Position numbers and translations under genes: made by a program. From sequence record MT446396.1: a stretch of 64,000 nt of DNA; one strand, 5' to 3'. Position 1 is the first letter of the stretch, and every line of letters begins with the position of its first letter. Shown piece after piece: positions 1 through 9,746 of this stretch. Below the pieces are notes generated by a model, which did not search any database, was not told where the DNA came from, and saw only the letters and a program-made list of their open reading frames with translations. The stretch is from Escherichia virus TH22.

Positions 1-144
1 GTATGATTTTGATAAATGTGTGGCATCAAAATCATATGAATAAAGGATACCGTGGACGAGTTAAAGAGTGGGAACAAAAATGTGTTTCCCTACAAGAAGA
101 GCACAAAATTAAATGTGCCGAAGAATTTATTAAGGAGGTTCGTA

Positions 145-498
145 ATGGAACGGCCTAGTCTTGCATCACATGTTTATCAATTGGCTGAATATGATATTGG
201 TGCCAATTTATTATTAGGAATTGTCACCGCTATGCTCGGGGGGCTGGTTGGCCTGGTAATGACCACAGTTATGGCTGCAATCGAGGGAGTCATGCCTATT
301 GAGATGGGCTTCTTTATGATAATTGCTCCGGCTGTTGTGGCTTATTTTATCCCGGTTGTGTATGATATCTGTCACACAAATGCCTTGAATGCTCCTAGCC
401 GCAAGAGATACGCTTCGGCAATGGCTGAGTATAATAAGTTCCTAGACAAAACAAAACGCAATGACCTTGAAACCTTTATTAAGGAATGTAAATCATGA
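145..498 (+). CDS. hypothetical membrane protein
   Basis: ATG at 145 preceded by AAGGAGG; hydrophobic segments (LLLGIVTAMLGGLVGLVMTTVMAAI, FFMIIAPAVVAYFIPVV); track ORF 52..498 starts at GTG. Confidence 0.5.
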   Translation: MERPSLASHVYQLAEYDIGANLLLGIVTAMLGGLVGLVMTTVMAAIEGVMPIEMGFFMIIAPAVVAYFIPVVYDICHTNALNAPSRKRYASAMAEYNKFLDKTKRNDLETFIKECKS

Positions 499-785
499 AT
501 AAAATTGAAATTGCTATCCCCAAGTATTATGATGAGAAATCTGCAGAAAAAGCTATCTATTCTCTTCTAAATAAGACCTCTGAAATTGAAAAACACTGTG
601 AAGAAATCGCAGATGAATATGGTATCGAATTCAGCACTGGTGATTACGGCACCGGCCGTACATATCACCCAGTCGGTTATGGATGCTCTGAATGGTTCGC
701 TCACCATATTGAAAACAACGGCGGGCAAGTTGAAAACGGCATTGTTACTGTTGGTGCCTGGGTTTCCTCTTCTGAGGTGTGCTAA
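495..785 (+). CDS. small protein, WVSSS-x-EC C-terminal family, member 1
   Basis: ATGA overlap with upstream gene; C-terminus GAWVSSSEVC shared with next three genes. Confidence 0.55.
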   Translation: MNKIEIAIPKYYDEKSAEKAIYSLLNKTSEIEKHCEEIADEYGIEFSTGDYGTGRTYHPVGYGCSEWFAHHIENNGGQVENGIVTVGAWVSSSEVC

Positions 786-786
786 T

Positions 787-1068
787 ATGATGAATGATTA
801 CCGTAAAAATAAAGAACTGGCTAACGCAGTAAATGACATCCATAAAGCTATTCGTCGTGCCGAGGAAATTGCAAACAAATATGAGACTCATTTTAATATA
901 TACCCTGCTCGCGGTATGGGCGGTGACTATTATTCTCCTGGCGCCTTGAAAACTGACCTTGCTCATTGGGAAGAACATGGTGAAGCTCAATACGCTATTG
1001 TTAACCAACACGACTACACAACAAGCCTAGAGCATGGTGGTTGGGTGTCCTCTTCTTCTGAATGTTAA
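787..1068 (+). CDS. small protein, WVSSS-x-EC C-terminal family, member 2
   Basis: In-frame ATG at 787 directly after stop of member 1; ends GGWVSSSSEC; N-terminal region resembles member 1. Confidence 0.55.
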   Translation: MMNDYRKNKELANAVNDIHKAIRRAEEIANKYETHFNIYPARGMGGDYYSPGALKTDLAHWEEHGEAQYAIVNQHDYTTSLEHGGWVSSSSEC

Positions 1069-1076
1069 GGAATTAT

Positions 1077-1274
1077 ATGTCTCGTGAATTAGATTGTGCA
1101 ATCCGTACTGCTGCGGCAGCTATTGAAAACGTTATCCAGATTTGCAAAGAAGAACGCGAAGAAGCTGATATCTACATTGATGGTGTTCGTGACTTAGAAC
1201 GACATATCACGCTTTATAACGGTTGTATTACTATTAGTGGTACCTCTTGGGTATCATCCTCTTACGAATGCTAA
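1077..1274 (+). CDS. small protein, WVSSS-x-EC C-terminal family, member 3
   Basis: ATG 1077 with AAGGA upstream; ends TSWVSSSYEC. Confidence 0.55.
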   Translation: MSRELDCAIRTAAAAIENVIQICKEEREEADIYIDGVRDLERHITLYNGCITISGTSWVSSSYEC

Positions 1275-1284
1275 GGAAATAAAA

Positions 1285-1509
1285 ATGTCTGATATTAATG
1301 AATTAGAAAAAGCAGCACTTGAACTGGCTGCATTGTATAAGAAAGTAAAAGATATGGCTTCTGCTCAAGATTTTGGTGTCGAGCTCGATGATTATGACGG
1401 CGAAGTCCGACTTGAAGACTGGTTGAACAGCTCTTGTTATGGTGAAGAAGCTGGCCGTACCTTCGTTGCTCGTGCCGATGGTAAAATCTGGTACCCGAGC
1501 AGCTGCTAA
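1285..1509 (+). CDS. small protein, divergent member 4 of C-terminal Cys family
   Basis: ATG 1285 with AAGGAA SD; ends KIWYPSSC (W-x-x-SS-C, terminal Cys). Confidence 0.5.
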   Translation: MSDINELEKAALELAALYKKVKDMASAQDFGVELDDYDGEVRLEDWLNSSCYGEEAGRTFVARADGKIWYPSSC

Positions 1510-1539
1510 AATTATCACAAGGATGTGATAGGAGGACTT

Positions 1540-1869
1540 ATGCACAGAGATTCAGTATTTAAATATCTTTTAAAAACAGATAAAGAATTTTATATGGATG
1601 GACAAGCATTCTTGTTCGTTCGCGGTAAGCGTGAAATGTTTTATAAATGCGACCTCTCCATGCATCATCACATGTACCATACCCATGGCGAGTCCATACT
1701 AGGGTTCTCTGGTGATGAGACTAAACATATAGCTATGTATTATGACCATTTCAAGCTTAATGATTGTGGTGATAATGCTTTGGTCTGGAATCCATCTTGG
1801 TGTCGGTGGGATACAATAGACAACAATAAATTATTTTTAGAATATTGCAGAAGTAGTATACAACTCTAG
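1540..1869 (+). CDS. hypothetical His/Cys-rich protein
   Basis: ATG 1540 after SD ATAGGAGGA; His-rich stretch MHHHMYHTHGE. Confidence 0.45.
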   Translation: MHRDSVFKYLLKTDKEFYMDGQAFLFVRGKREMFYKCDLSMHHHMYHTHGESILGFSGDETKHIAMYYDHFKLNDCGDNALVWNPSWCRWDTIDNNKLFLEYCRSSIQL

Positions 1870-1933
1870 AAAATCGTGTTACTATTCTCTTATCAACTGA
1901 TGACACTCACGTTATCAGAACAGGAGAATAAAA

Positions 1934-2134
1934 ATGTCTATCGCAAACGAATTAATCAAAGTTCTGAACGAAGCCAAAGCCAACCAACTGGAGGTTAATC
2001 TCCAGGAAGTTTCAGATGGCATTAAAGTAACCATCAGCGGCGATGGCGTTCCAGGCACTACAGAGGTTTACGATTCTTTGGAAGAAGTGGTTTCTTGCAT
2101 TAAAAGAGCCGTTTACTTATATGGTATAATTTGA
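1934..2134 (+). CDS. hypothetical protein
   Basis: ORF with SD AGGAGAATAAAA upstream. Confidence 0.45.
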   Translation: MSIANELIKVLNEAKANQLEVNLQEVSDGIKVTISGDGVPGTTEVYDSLEEVVSCIKRAVYLYGII

Positions 2135-2325
2135 GGAAAATATTATGTATAATGTTCTTATTGTTTTTGTCACTCATCCGCAAGGTGGAGTAAGACAGAA
2201 TACTTCTCAAGTGGTTCAATTTTCTTCACTAGAGGCCGCCAATCTTGCTGCCTCACGAATTGAAGCGAAAAAATCGGCACTTGGAAAATATGAAGTAACT
2301 CGTCTTTACTAATGAGGAAAATATT

Positions 2326-3285
2326 ATGATGTTAGTTATTGGCTCTCGCGCATTGCATAACGCCGGTCTGATTGAAAGTAAGAAAATTGAAAACTCTGAT
2401 TGGGACTTTATAGCAGACCAAGGTTCCTGGAACAACTTTAAAACCCAGATGATGGGGCAGCATGTTCCTGTGGATAACCCAGATGTGCAAGCTTTTAAGT
2501 GTATGCACAACGGTAAAGAAACCTATTTTGAAGCATACATCGTCCGAGCCCTGACAAGTGTTCGTGAGCTGACTGATGAGCTACAAGAGGAAGATTTTAC
2601 TTCCAGTTATCGTCTGCTCAAATATGCGAAGGCGAATATTCAGAAAGACCGTCTATCTGGTTTTTACTGGGCGACTCCTGATATTTGTCTGGCAATTAAA
2701 CTGTCTCATCGTTACCTGAAGAACAATCCATTCTTCCTGAAGACCATGAGTCATATTAATTACCTTCGTAATAAGGGTGTTGTTCTTAATGATGAACTGC
2801 AGAAAATCATGCTGCAACGCCAGGCAGAAACATTGTCATATAGCCACCCTAAACTAGACGTGGGCAAGAAAACTTTCTTTAATGATACAATCTATACCCT
2901 TGACCATGACTCCATCCACGAGGCCGTGGCACTTGCTGATAAGCCTGCATATAAGTTCTATATGAAGGATGATTCAGAAGTCATGACCTCACGTGAAAAA
3001 TTTGAAGCACTCCCTGATGTTATTAAACTGGCAGGGGTTTATGAAGAAGCATGTGTGCTTGCTCTGGAACGTTCACAGGTTCCTAATGAGTTCAATATCT
3101 CTCCATCCGTGAGCTTCCATATTGCTCTGGAAAAAGTCTGTACCTCCATTACTTCTGGATGGTTCCGTGAGTATGCCTGGGAACATTACCAGGATGTGGT
3201 TAATATGTACAACACCCTGGGACACGAAGACTATGTTAAACGTTTCAAAGCTAACCAACATTTAATTCGTCCTTTCGAAAAATAA
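2326..3285 (+). CDS. hypothetical protein, possible nucleotidyltransferase fold
   Basis: N-terminal GS-x16-SDWDF pattern reminiscent of Pol-beta NTase motif; SD GAGGAAAAT. Confidence 0.5.
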   Translation: MMLVIGSRALHNAGLIESKKIENSDWDFIADQGSWNNFKTQMMGQHVPVDNPDVQAFKCMHNGKETYFEAYIVRALTSVRELTDELQEEDFTSSYRLLKYAKANIQKDRLSGFYWATPDICLAIKLSHRYLKNNPFFLKTMSHINYLRNKGVVLNDELQKIMLQRQAETLSYSHPKLDVGKKTFFNDTIYTLDHDSIHEAVALADKPAYKFYMKDDSEVMTSREKFEALPDVIKLAGVYEEACVLALERSQVPNEFNISPSVSFHIALEKVCTSITSGWFREYAWEHYQDVVNMYNTLGHEDYVKRFKANQHLIRPFEK

Positions 3286-3286
3286 G

Positions 3287-3344
3287 TGTGTACAACCAAA
3301 TGGGGCTATGACATAATGGTCCCACAATCAATGAGGAAAATATT
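3287..3344 (+). promoter_or_regulatory. early (sigma70-like) promoter plus leader
   Basis: GTGTACAA -35, 17-nt spacer, CATAAT -10, leader CAATGAGGAAAAT. Confidence 0.5.
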
Positions 3345-4031
3345 ATGAACGGTCCTAAAACTTTTAATAGTCAAGCTCGTGCAGTAGGTGGTTTTGCCGG
3401 CGGTATTTCTAATGATAAAATCAAGAACGAGCCTATGTTCTTCAACTGTAGTTTAGAATTTGCTTATAATAACGGCGGTCCTATTACTCGCAGCTTCATC
3501 ATGAACTTGCCAGATGATTGGAACACCGACCAGGTTGTATTTGATTCTCGGGTTCATATGCTGATGCCTGGTTGGTATCCTGCTATCCCAGGTTATCACC
3601 ATGACGATGTACCACGCCCGGATATTCCGGTTGGTCAACACTTTATTACTGCAGGGCAACCTGATTATGATAATCCTCGTTACCATTCTGAACATATTCT
3701 TGGTCTTGTTAACGCTGATGTGTGTCCTACTTATTTTGCAACCGGAACTGCACAATTTAGTCAGATTCCTGAAGGCGAACTTATCTATCGCCAGTGGCAT
3801 AAAGAAGTTCTGGAAAAAATTGAGTCCAATGAATTAACCAAGTGGGATGCTCCTGACCGCACGTTGCTCCAGTTTGATTGGCAGACATGGCATACAGGTT
3901 CTCGCGCAGTAAGTAACGGTTGGCGCTGGTTTGGTCGCGTGTCTCGTAATACCGACCGTGTTAAAAAGATTACAAATGAAATCCGCGTTAATGCTCAAGT
4001 ATATCTGGAATTCCCTATGGAGGGATGGTAA
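3345..4031 (+). CDS. hypothetical protein
   Basis: Early promoter (GTGTACAA -35, CATAAT -10) and SD upstream; 228 aa. Confidence 0.5.
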   Translation: MNGPKTFNSQARAVGGFAGGISNDKIKNEPMFFNCSLEFAYNNGGPITRSFIMNLPDDWNTDQVVFDSRVHMLMPGWYPAIPGYHHDDVPRPDIPVGQHFITAGQPDYDNPRYHSEHILGLVNADVCPTYFATGTAQFSQIPEGELIYRQWHKEVLEKIESNELTKWDAPDRTLLQFDWQTWHTGSRAVSNGWRWFGRVSRNTDRVKKITNEIRVNAQVYLEFPMEGW

Positions 4032-4606
4032 TGATGTATGAACCCGGTTGCATGGGTGATATGAAAGGTCCACAAGGATGTGCAGGTATTCCAGTTCCAA
4101 GAGATGAATTTATGATTACCAAAAGATATTGGGCAGACCTTGATGATGGCGATGAAGGAATCAAGGTGGAAAACGTTGATTGGTCGCGATGCAATCGCCA
4201 TATGAAAGAGCTTTTAATTGAGGAATATAAAATGAAGCACATCGTTAAAGGTTGGCAACCAGAACCACATAAAGAACAAACACCTGACCCATTGATTTGT
4301 TATAGTGAAAAATATGGTTTTCGTACATGGAGCGATGAATATGACAAGTTAGTGTGCTCCAGATTCTATGCCTGGATGGGAATACTATTTTTTCCAATCC
4401 TGTGGTTTTTCCTGACAACGAAAAATGACTTGCCAGTTTGCATATTCGGGGCAGCAGTGACTGCGGCCATTGCAGGTATTATCGCCTCATTTTTATGGAC
4501 TGCGATTATTGAAGTACCTTTTCGTATTTCTAAAGTTAAAAAGGTATATGACAATATCACAAAGAAAAATACATTGAACTCTTTTATTGAGGAATGTCGC
4601 AAATGA
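4025..4606 (+). CDS. hypothetical membrane protein
   Basis: C-terminal hydrophobic segments (WMGILFFPILWFFL, IFGAAVTAAIAGIIASFLW). Confidence 0.45.
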   Translation: MVMMYEPGCMGDMKGPQGCAGIPVPRDEFMITKRYWADLDDGDEGIKVENVDWSRCNRHMKELLIEEYKMKHIVKGWQPEPHKEQTPDPLICYSEKYGFRTWSDEYDKLVCSRFYAWMGILFFPILWFFLTTKNDLPVCIFGAAVTAAIAGIIASFLWTAIIEVPFRISKVKKVYDNITKKNTLNSFIEECRK

Positions 4607-4839
4607 GTATTGCAATTTATATTAAATCCGAGTCATGTGATTCTTACCTGTATTCCTATGATAAAGGTACGCCCGAAGTTGAAATCAAAGATGATTTAGA
4701 AATTGACCTGGACTTGTTCCGCCCAATTTCTGAATACAGAGTTCAAACTTCTAGTAGTGAATCACCTTCAACAGAAACACGCATTGAAATTATTATGGCT
4801 GAAATCTTTAAAAAATCTTGGGAACGTGATGATGAGTAA
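4603..4839 (+). CDS. hypothetical acidic protein
   Basis: ATGA overlap with upstream gene; start could be 4594. Confidence 0.4.
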   Translation: MSIAIYIKSESCDSYLYSYDKGTPEVEIKDDLEIDLDLFRPISEYRVQTSSSESPSTETRIEIIMAEIFKKSWERDDE

Positions 4840-5290
4840 GAAAAACGTGGTGAAAGAATTATCTGCTGGCATTATTTTCATGACTGAAGATAAAGAGTTA
4901 TTCATGGGGCGCGTGACTGGTTCTCGCAAACCGGGTATGCCTGCGCATAAATGGGATATCCCTAAGGGTCATGTTGAAGCCGGTGAATCCCCGATTGAAG
5001 CAGCTATGCGTGAATGTGAAGAAGAAACAGGCTTTACCCAGTATGACCCGGCATTCTTAAAAGACCTAGGCGAGTTCCGTTATTCAGATAACAAAAACCT
5101 TCACCTGTTTTTGTACACGGCCCCGGTCGAGCATGAGCAGTTCAGACATAGTAAATGCTCTGCCTATCATACCTTCCCGGATGGTAGTTCGGCCCCCGAG
5201 TTTGATGCATTTGCTCTGATTAAACCGAGCCAATGGCAATACGTAATGGGTAAATCGATGTACAAGGTTTTGACTCAAATTTTCGGATAA
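4829..5290 (+). CDS. nudE: Nudix hydrolase NudE-like
   Basis: Nudix box GHVEAGESPIEAAMRECEEETG; sits directly upstream of lysozyme e as in T4. Confidence 0.8.
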   Translation: MMSKKNVVKELSAGIIFMTEDKELFMGRVTGSRKPGMPAHKWDIPKGHVEAGESPIEAAMRECEEETGFTQYDPAFLKDLGEFRYSDNKNLHLFLYTAPVEHEQFRHSKCSAYHTFPDGSSAPEFDAFALIKPSQWQYVMGKSMYKVLTQIFG

Positions 5291-5316
5291 TAAATACCCC
5301 TATATAAGGGGGTATT

Positions 5317-5808
5317 ATGAATATATTCGAAATGTTACGCATAGATGAAGGTTGTAAGTTGGATTTGTACCGTGACACCGAAGGCTTTTGGACCATCGGC
5401 ATCGGTCAATTGATAACTAAGAACCCATCGAAAGACGTTGCTCGCGCTGAGCTGGACAAATTAATGGGTCGTGTTTGCAACGGTAGGATTACCCAGATTG
5501 AAGCTGAAACCTTGTTTAACCGTTCAGTGGAAAAAGCTAAAGCCGGAATCTTGAAACATCCTGTCTTAAAACCTGTTTATGATGTACTGGATGAAGTTCG
5601 TCGTTGCGCACTCATTAATATGGTATTCCAAATGGGTGTAGCTGGTGTAGCTGGTTTTCCTAAGGGGCTGCGATTGCTCAAGGCTAAATCATGGGAAGCT
5701 GCTGCTAAGGAACTGGCTGACTCAAGATGGTATAAAGTCCAGACTCCGAACCGGGCCAAACGAGTTATTGAAACTTTCCGTACTGGAACTTTTGACGCAT
5801 ACAAATGA
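5317..5808 (+). CDS. e: lysozyme (endolysin) e
   Basis: 163 aa; [12 protein letters not shown]...GFWTIGIG matches T4 lysozyme nearly residue for residue over the N-terminus. Confidence 0.95.
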   Translation: MNIFEMLRIDEGCKLDLYRDTEGFWTIGIGQLITKNPSKDVARAELDKLMGRVCNGRITQIEAETLFNRSVEKAKAGILKHPVLKPVYDVLDEVRRCALINMVFQMGVAGVAGFPKGLRLLKAKSWEAAAKELADSRWYKVQTPNRAKRVIETFRTGTFDAYK

Positions 5809-5864
5809 GTTTACATCTCCAAACGATAGGGTTATAATGACCCTATCAACTACGGAGAACAAAC
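5809..5864 (+). promoter_or_regulatory. early promoter with -10 inside inverted repeat, upstream of denV
   Basis: GTTTACA -35, TATAAT -10 within GATAGGG..CCCTATC, leader ATCAACTACGGAG. Confidence 0.55.
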
Positions 5865-6281
5865 ATGACTCGCATTAATTTAACCCTGGTATCTGAACTT
5901 GCTGACCAACACCTTATGGCTGAATACCGTGAGCTTCCTCGCGTGTTTGGTGCTGTTCGTAAGCATGTGCAAAATGGTAAAAAGGTGTCTGACTTTAAAA
6001 TCCCATCATCTTTTCTTTTAGGAACTGGTCATGTCACCTTCTTTTATGATAAGCTTTTGTTCCTTAAAAACCGTCATCAAGAACTTATTGCTGAATGTTT
6101 AAAGCGAGGGTTTAATATAAAAGATATTTCTACCCAAGATTTAAATGATATTCCTGATGAATGGAAGAATGATTATCAACCATCAATCTGGTCAATTGAA
6201 ATCAGTCAATCCAGACTGAATGAGAAAATTTCTCAAAAGCCTACCTGGTACAAATACTATGGGAAAGCTGTGTACGCTTAA
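5865..6281 (+). CDS. denV: endonuclease V (pyrimidine dimer DNA glycosylase)
   Basis: 138 aa; [35 protein letters not shown] near-identical to T4 endo V. Confidence 0.95.
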   Translation: MTRINLTLVSELADQHLMAEYRELPRVFGAVRKHVQNGKKVSDFKIPSSFLLGTGHVTFFYDKLLFLKNRHQELIAECLKRGFNIKDISTQDLNDIPDEWKNDYQPSIWSIEISQSRLNEKISQKPTWYKYYGKAVYA

Positions 6282-6329
6282 CTAAAAAGGTTGTATAATG
6301 ATTTTATCAACCAAACAATGGAATATAAA

Positions 6330-6644
6330 ATGAAAACTTATCAAGAATTTATTACTGAATCTACTCAACAACGTGTTGAAGGTGGTTATGTCTGGATTGA
6401 ACAGTTAACCCCACCAAGTGAAACAAGCACTGGTTCGTGGAAAATTACTGTTGATGGTCCTGGTGGAAAACGCAAGACTATTAAAGAAATTAAAGGTTAT
6501 TATGACGAAGCTAAATCATGGGCTGGTAGTCATGTAATGCAGATTAAAATTGCAAACCCAGATAACGTTCATGCGGCAAAAGCGTTCCGTCGCATTGGTA
6601 ATAAACTTTATGATGCGTTTTTGCGCGATTTCCCTAAAGCTTAA
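6330..6644 (+). CDS. internal protein with capsid-targeting sequence
   Basis: N-terminus MKTYQEFITES matches T4 IP capsid-targeting sequence MKTYQEFIAE; track ORF starts 39 nt earlier. Confidence 0.7.
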   Translation: MKTYQEFITESTQQRVEGGYVWIEQLTPPSETSTGSWKITVDGPGGKRKTIKEIKGYYDEAKSWAGSHVMQIKIANPDNVHAAKAFRRIGNKLYDAFLRDFPKA

Positions 6645-6657
6645 CTAAAGAGCCATT

Positions 6658-6921
6658 ATGAAAACTTATCAAGAATTTATTACTGAATCCGCTAAAGCTC
6701 CTGCTGGTTCCTTTAAAGTCCGCGCCTTCGCTGGTGATGCTGAAGACTTTGGTACCATGAAGCGCAATGGTTATTCTTTCTTTGGCGGCGATGGCAAAGA
6801 AATTGTTACCTATGCAAAACGCCGCGAAATCGCATTTGTGGTTGCTGGTAAGAAAGTTGATGTTGACGATATTGAATGGGACTTTGAGACCTTTGGTATT
6901 GTTTCTGGCGGTAAAGCGTAA
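6658..6921 (+). CDS. internal protein with capsid-targeting sequence
   Basis: N-terminus MKTYQEFITESAKA; cargo domain unrelated to the neighbouring IP. Confidence 0.75.
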   Translation: MKTYQEFITESAKAPAGSFKVRAFAGDAEDFGTMKRNGYSFFGGDGKEIVTYAKRREIAFVVAGKKVDVDDIEWDFETFGIVSGGKA

Positions 6922-7063
6922 TAATTAAATGGGAATAACCTGGACCTCAATCCTGAGGGACTCCCGCCAACCTGTAATAAGGTCGAGCCCGCGGCGGTAA
7001 TGGGTAATACAGGAAGGGATGAATTAATGTGCCAAGGAACGGCCCCACAACTAAGAGACAACT

Positions 7064-7591
7064 ATGAAATTTTTAACTCCAATTTATCTAACCTTAATGC
7101 ACGCCTTCGCTGAACGCGCCATTGAACGCTTAGATTCAGACCAATACACCTGGTATGAACCTACTTCAAGAATGCAAGAGTTTGGTACTCTTAGACTTGA
7201 TGGTGGAAGACAAACAGGTAAAACAAGTGCCATTGCACAGTTCGCCGCAGATTGGGTTTCTAAGGGTAATGATGTGATTGTTATGTCGAGTTCTTCGCAT
7301 CGCTCACGAGAAATCTGTGATATAATAAAGCGGGTTTCTAAAGCACAACCACATCTTAATGTTGAACGACCTGGTTTTGTTGTATATGATACCGTTCGTT
7401 CATTTTTAGACGAAGATAATTTCCATAAGTATCGTGGGTTATCTGTTACTCGATTATTGATTATTATCGAAGAGCCTATTCGCCTTCCAGCGATGGATAA
7501 GTTCTATGAAGCTTACCAGGTAATGCTGAATAAATTTATGTGTCAAGGTTCTAAACCTCTGCCGTTATTCTTTGTGATAGGAATGCAATAA
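7064..7591 (+). CDS. hypothetical protein with P-loop-like motif
   Basis: GGRQTGKTS (Walker A-like) and LLIIIEEP (Walker B-like). Confidence 0.45.
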   Translation: MKFLTPIYLTLMHAFAERAIERLDSDQYTWYEPTSRMQEFGTLRLDGGRQTGKTSAIAQFAADWVSKGNDVIVMSSSSHRSREICDIIKRVSKAQPHLNVERPGFVVYDTVRSFLDEDNFHKYRGLSVTRLLIIIEEPIRLPAMDKFYEAYQVMLNKFMCQGSKPLPLFFVIGMQ

Positions 7592-7887
7592 TGACTCATG
7601 AAGAGCTTTTTGACCAAATCTATTTTATTCCAAAGGTTAGGTCTGAAGATTTCGTAAAGAATTTTGAAATCTTTAATAAAGCAAATTTCTTTGAGTACGT
7701 GTTTTTGTCTGGACCTTTTATTGGGTCCAGATTTCGTTGCACTGCTCCGAGTATTCGCTTGATGAAGTTGGTTCCTTACTTTACTCTGGAATTTATTTCT
7801 GGACCATGTAGGGGTATTATAACTCGTAGCCTCCTGACGTATGACCAGGATGTGCGATTAATTAGTGACTGGAAAAAATATGTCTAA
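7591..7887 (+). CDS. hypothetical protein
   Basis: ORF in compact operon, ATGA overlap with upstream gene. Confidence 0.4.
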   Translation: MTHEELFDQIYFIPKVRSEDFVKNFEIFNKANFFEYVFLSGPFIGSRFRCTAPSIRLMKLVPYFTLEFISGPCRGIITRSLLTYDQDVRLISDWKKYV

Positions 7888-8094
7888 ACTGACGATTGAA
7901 GGCTCTGATGCAGCCTTGAAAAGATTCGTTGAATGGTTTAATGGCCCTGGCGAACAAGACTTTCTGGAAGTCTGGGACGGTGGTCAATGGAACGGTAAAG
8001 AACTGGTTTATCCTAGCACTTATATCTCCGTACAAGGTTGGACGGATGGGCTTCGTTTGGTAGAATATGATATCGCAACCGGCGAGGAAGTGAA

Positions 8095-8098
<4 letters not shown>
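7880..8098 (+). CDS. hypothetical protein
   Basis: ATG 7880 (track ORF starts at GTG 7865). Confidence 0.4.
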
Positions 8099-8677
<579 letters not shown>

Positions 8678-8678
<1 letters not shown>

Positions 8679-8734
8679 TGTACAAGCAGGTTGAAATGAG
8701 TTATGATTATCCCATCAAACAAAAGGAGATAATC
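8678..8734 (+). promoter_or_regulatory. early promoter plus leader upstream of regB
   Basis: GTGTACAAG -35, TATGAT -10, leader CCCATCAAACAAAAGGAG. Confidence 0.5.
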
Positions 8735-9193
8735 ATGACTACTATCGATTCAAGTGTTTACATTCGCCGCAATAAACTTCGTCGTATTTTTGAAACGGAG
8801 TTCCTCAAAATTAATAATGCTATCAACAAGGCTTGTAAAGAAGCAGGTCTTGAAGCATTCTTCATTAAGTACAGTCCACACCTGTTGGACCGTGCAATCC
8901 AACGTGAAATTGACGAACAATATGTTTTTGACTTGTTTGGAAAAATCACACCACATGTAAAAGAAATCGTTGAATTCCTGGAGATGAAACCACTCCCGGA
9001 AGTTGAAGCACAAATTGACCCGAGTGTGAACTACCGTCCACTTCGTCTGGAAATCACAGACAAGAACCTATGGTTAGGAATGACAGTTAACCCAGCTCTT
9101 CCTGGGAAGTCTCCAACCATGTGTTGTCGTATGGCGTTTGTTAACTCTAATCGTCTTGAAGGAAAAATTAGCACAAAAGTGATTTATATCTAA
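8735..9193 (+). CDS. regB: RegB site-specific endoribonuclease
   Basis: VYIRRNKLRR...YSPHLLDRAIQREIDEQYVFDLF...LEITDKNLWLG aligns with T4 RegB; early promoter upstream. Confidence 0.9.
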   Translation: MTTIDSSVYIRRNKLRRIFETEFLKINNAINKACKEAGLEAFFIKYSPHLLDRAIQREIDEQYVFDLFGKITPHVKEIVEFLEMKPLPEVEAQIDPSVNYRPLRLEITDKNLWLGMTVNPALPGKSPTMCCRMAFVNSNRLEGKISTKVIYI

Positions 9194-9203
9194 TGGGGAA
9201 TTC

Positions 9204-9746
9204 ATGAAAAAAGTAATCGCCACCTTACTATTGACAGTTAGTATGTCTGCCCATAGCGTAGAGCCTACTTTCAGTAATGAACAGATGGAAAATCTTCAAT
9301 ATGCTTATGCGTTTGGAGAACAGTTCCAGAAAAATGGTAAGTACAAAGAAAATCCGCACCAACATAATGGTTTGGGATATATCATGGCTGGTTTAACCTG
9401 GCAGGAATCATCTGCTGGTGTTAATACAGGATTAAATAAAGATAAGCATCATGCATATGGTATATTCCAAAATTATCTTCCAACCGTGCGCGAGCGCGTA
9501 AAACAGGTTGGGTGGACAATGACAGATAAAGAAATAATCAAGATGATAAGCAAGAGAGAGAACAGTGCACGCTGGGCTTATATTGAGTTTTCATACTGGT
9601 TAAACATTCACAAGGGGGACATAAGAAAAACACTATCATCATATAACGCAGGGTGGAATGTGAAAGCTGGAAATACGTATGCTTCGCAAGTCCTAGAAAA
9701 AGCTAACTACTTAAAATCACGAGGCCTATTAAAAACGGTGGATTAA
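9204..9746 (+). CDS. secreted lytic-transglycosylase-like protein
   Basis: Signal peptide MKKVIATLLLTVSMSAHS; QESS, YGIFQ and SYNAG motifs resemble SLT domain. Confidence 0.55.
   Translation: MKKVIATLLLTVSMSAHSVEPTFSNEQMENLQYAYAFGEQFQKNGKYKENPHQHNGLGYIMAGLTWQESSAGVNTGLNKDKHHAYGIFQNYLPTVRERVKQVGWTMTDKEIIKMISKRENSARWAYIEFSYWLNIHKGDIRKTLSSYNAGWNVKAGNTYASQVLEKANYLKSRGLLKTVD

Noticed and set aside
6922-7063. tRNA gene in the GC-rich intergenic block
   Set aside because: No cloverleaf with conserved T-loop (GTTCGAATC-like) or D-loop elements could be found by eye; kept only as a low-interest possible structured RNA.
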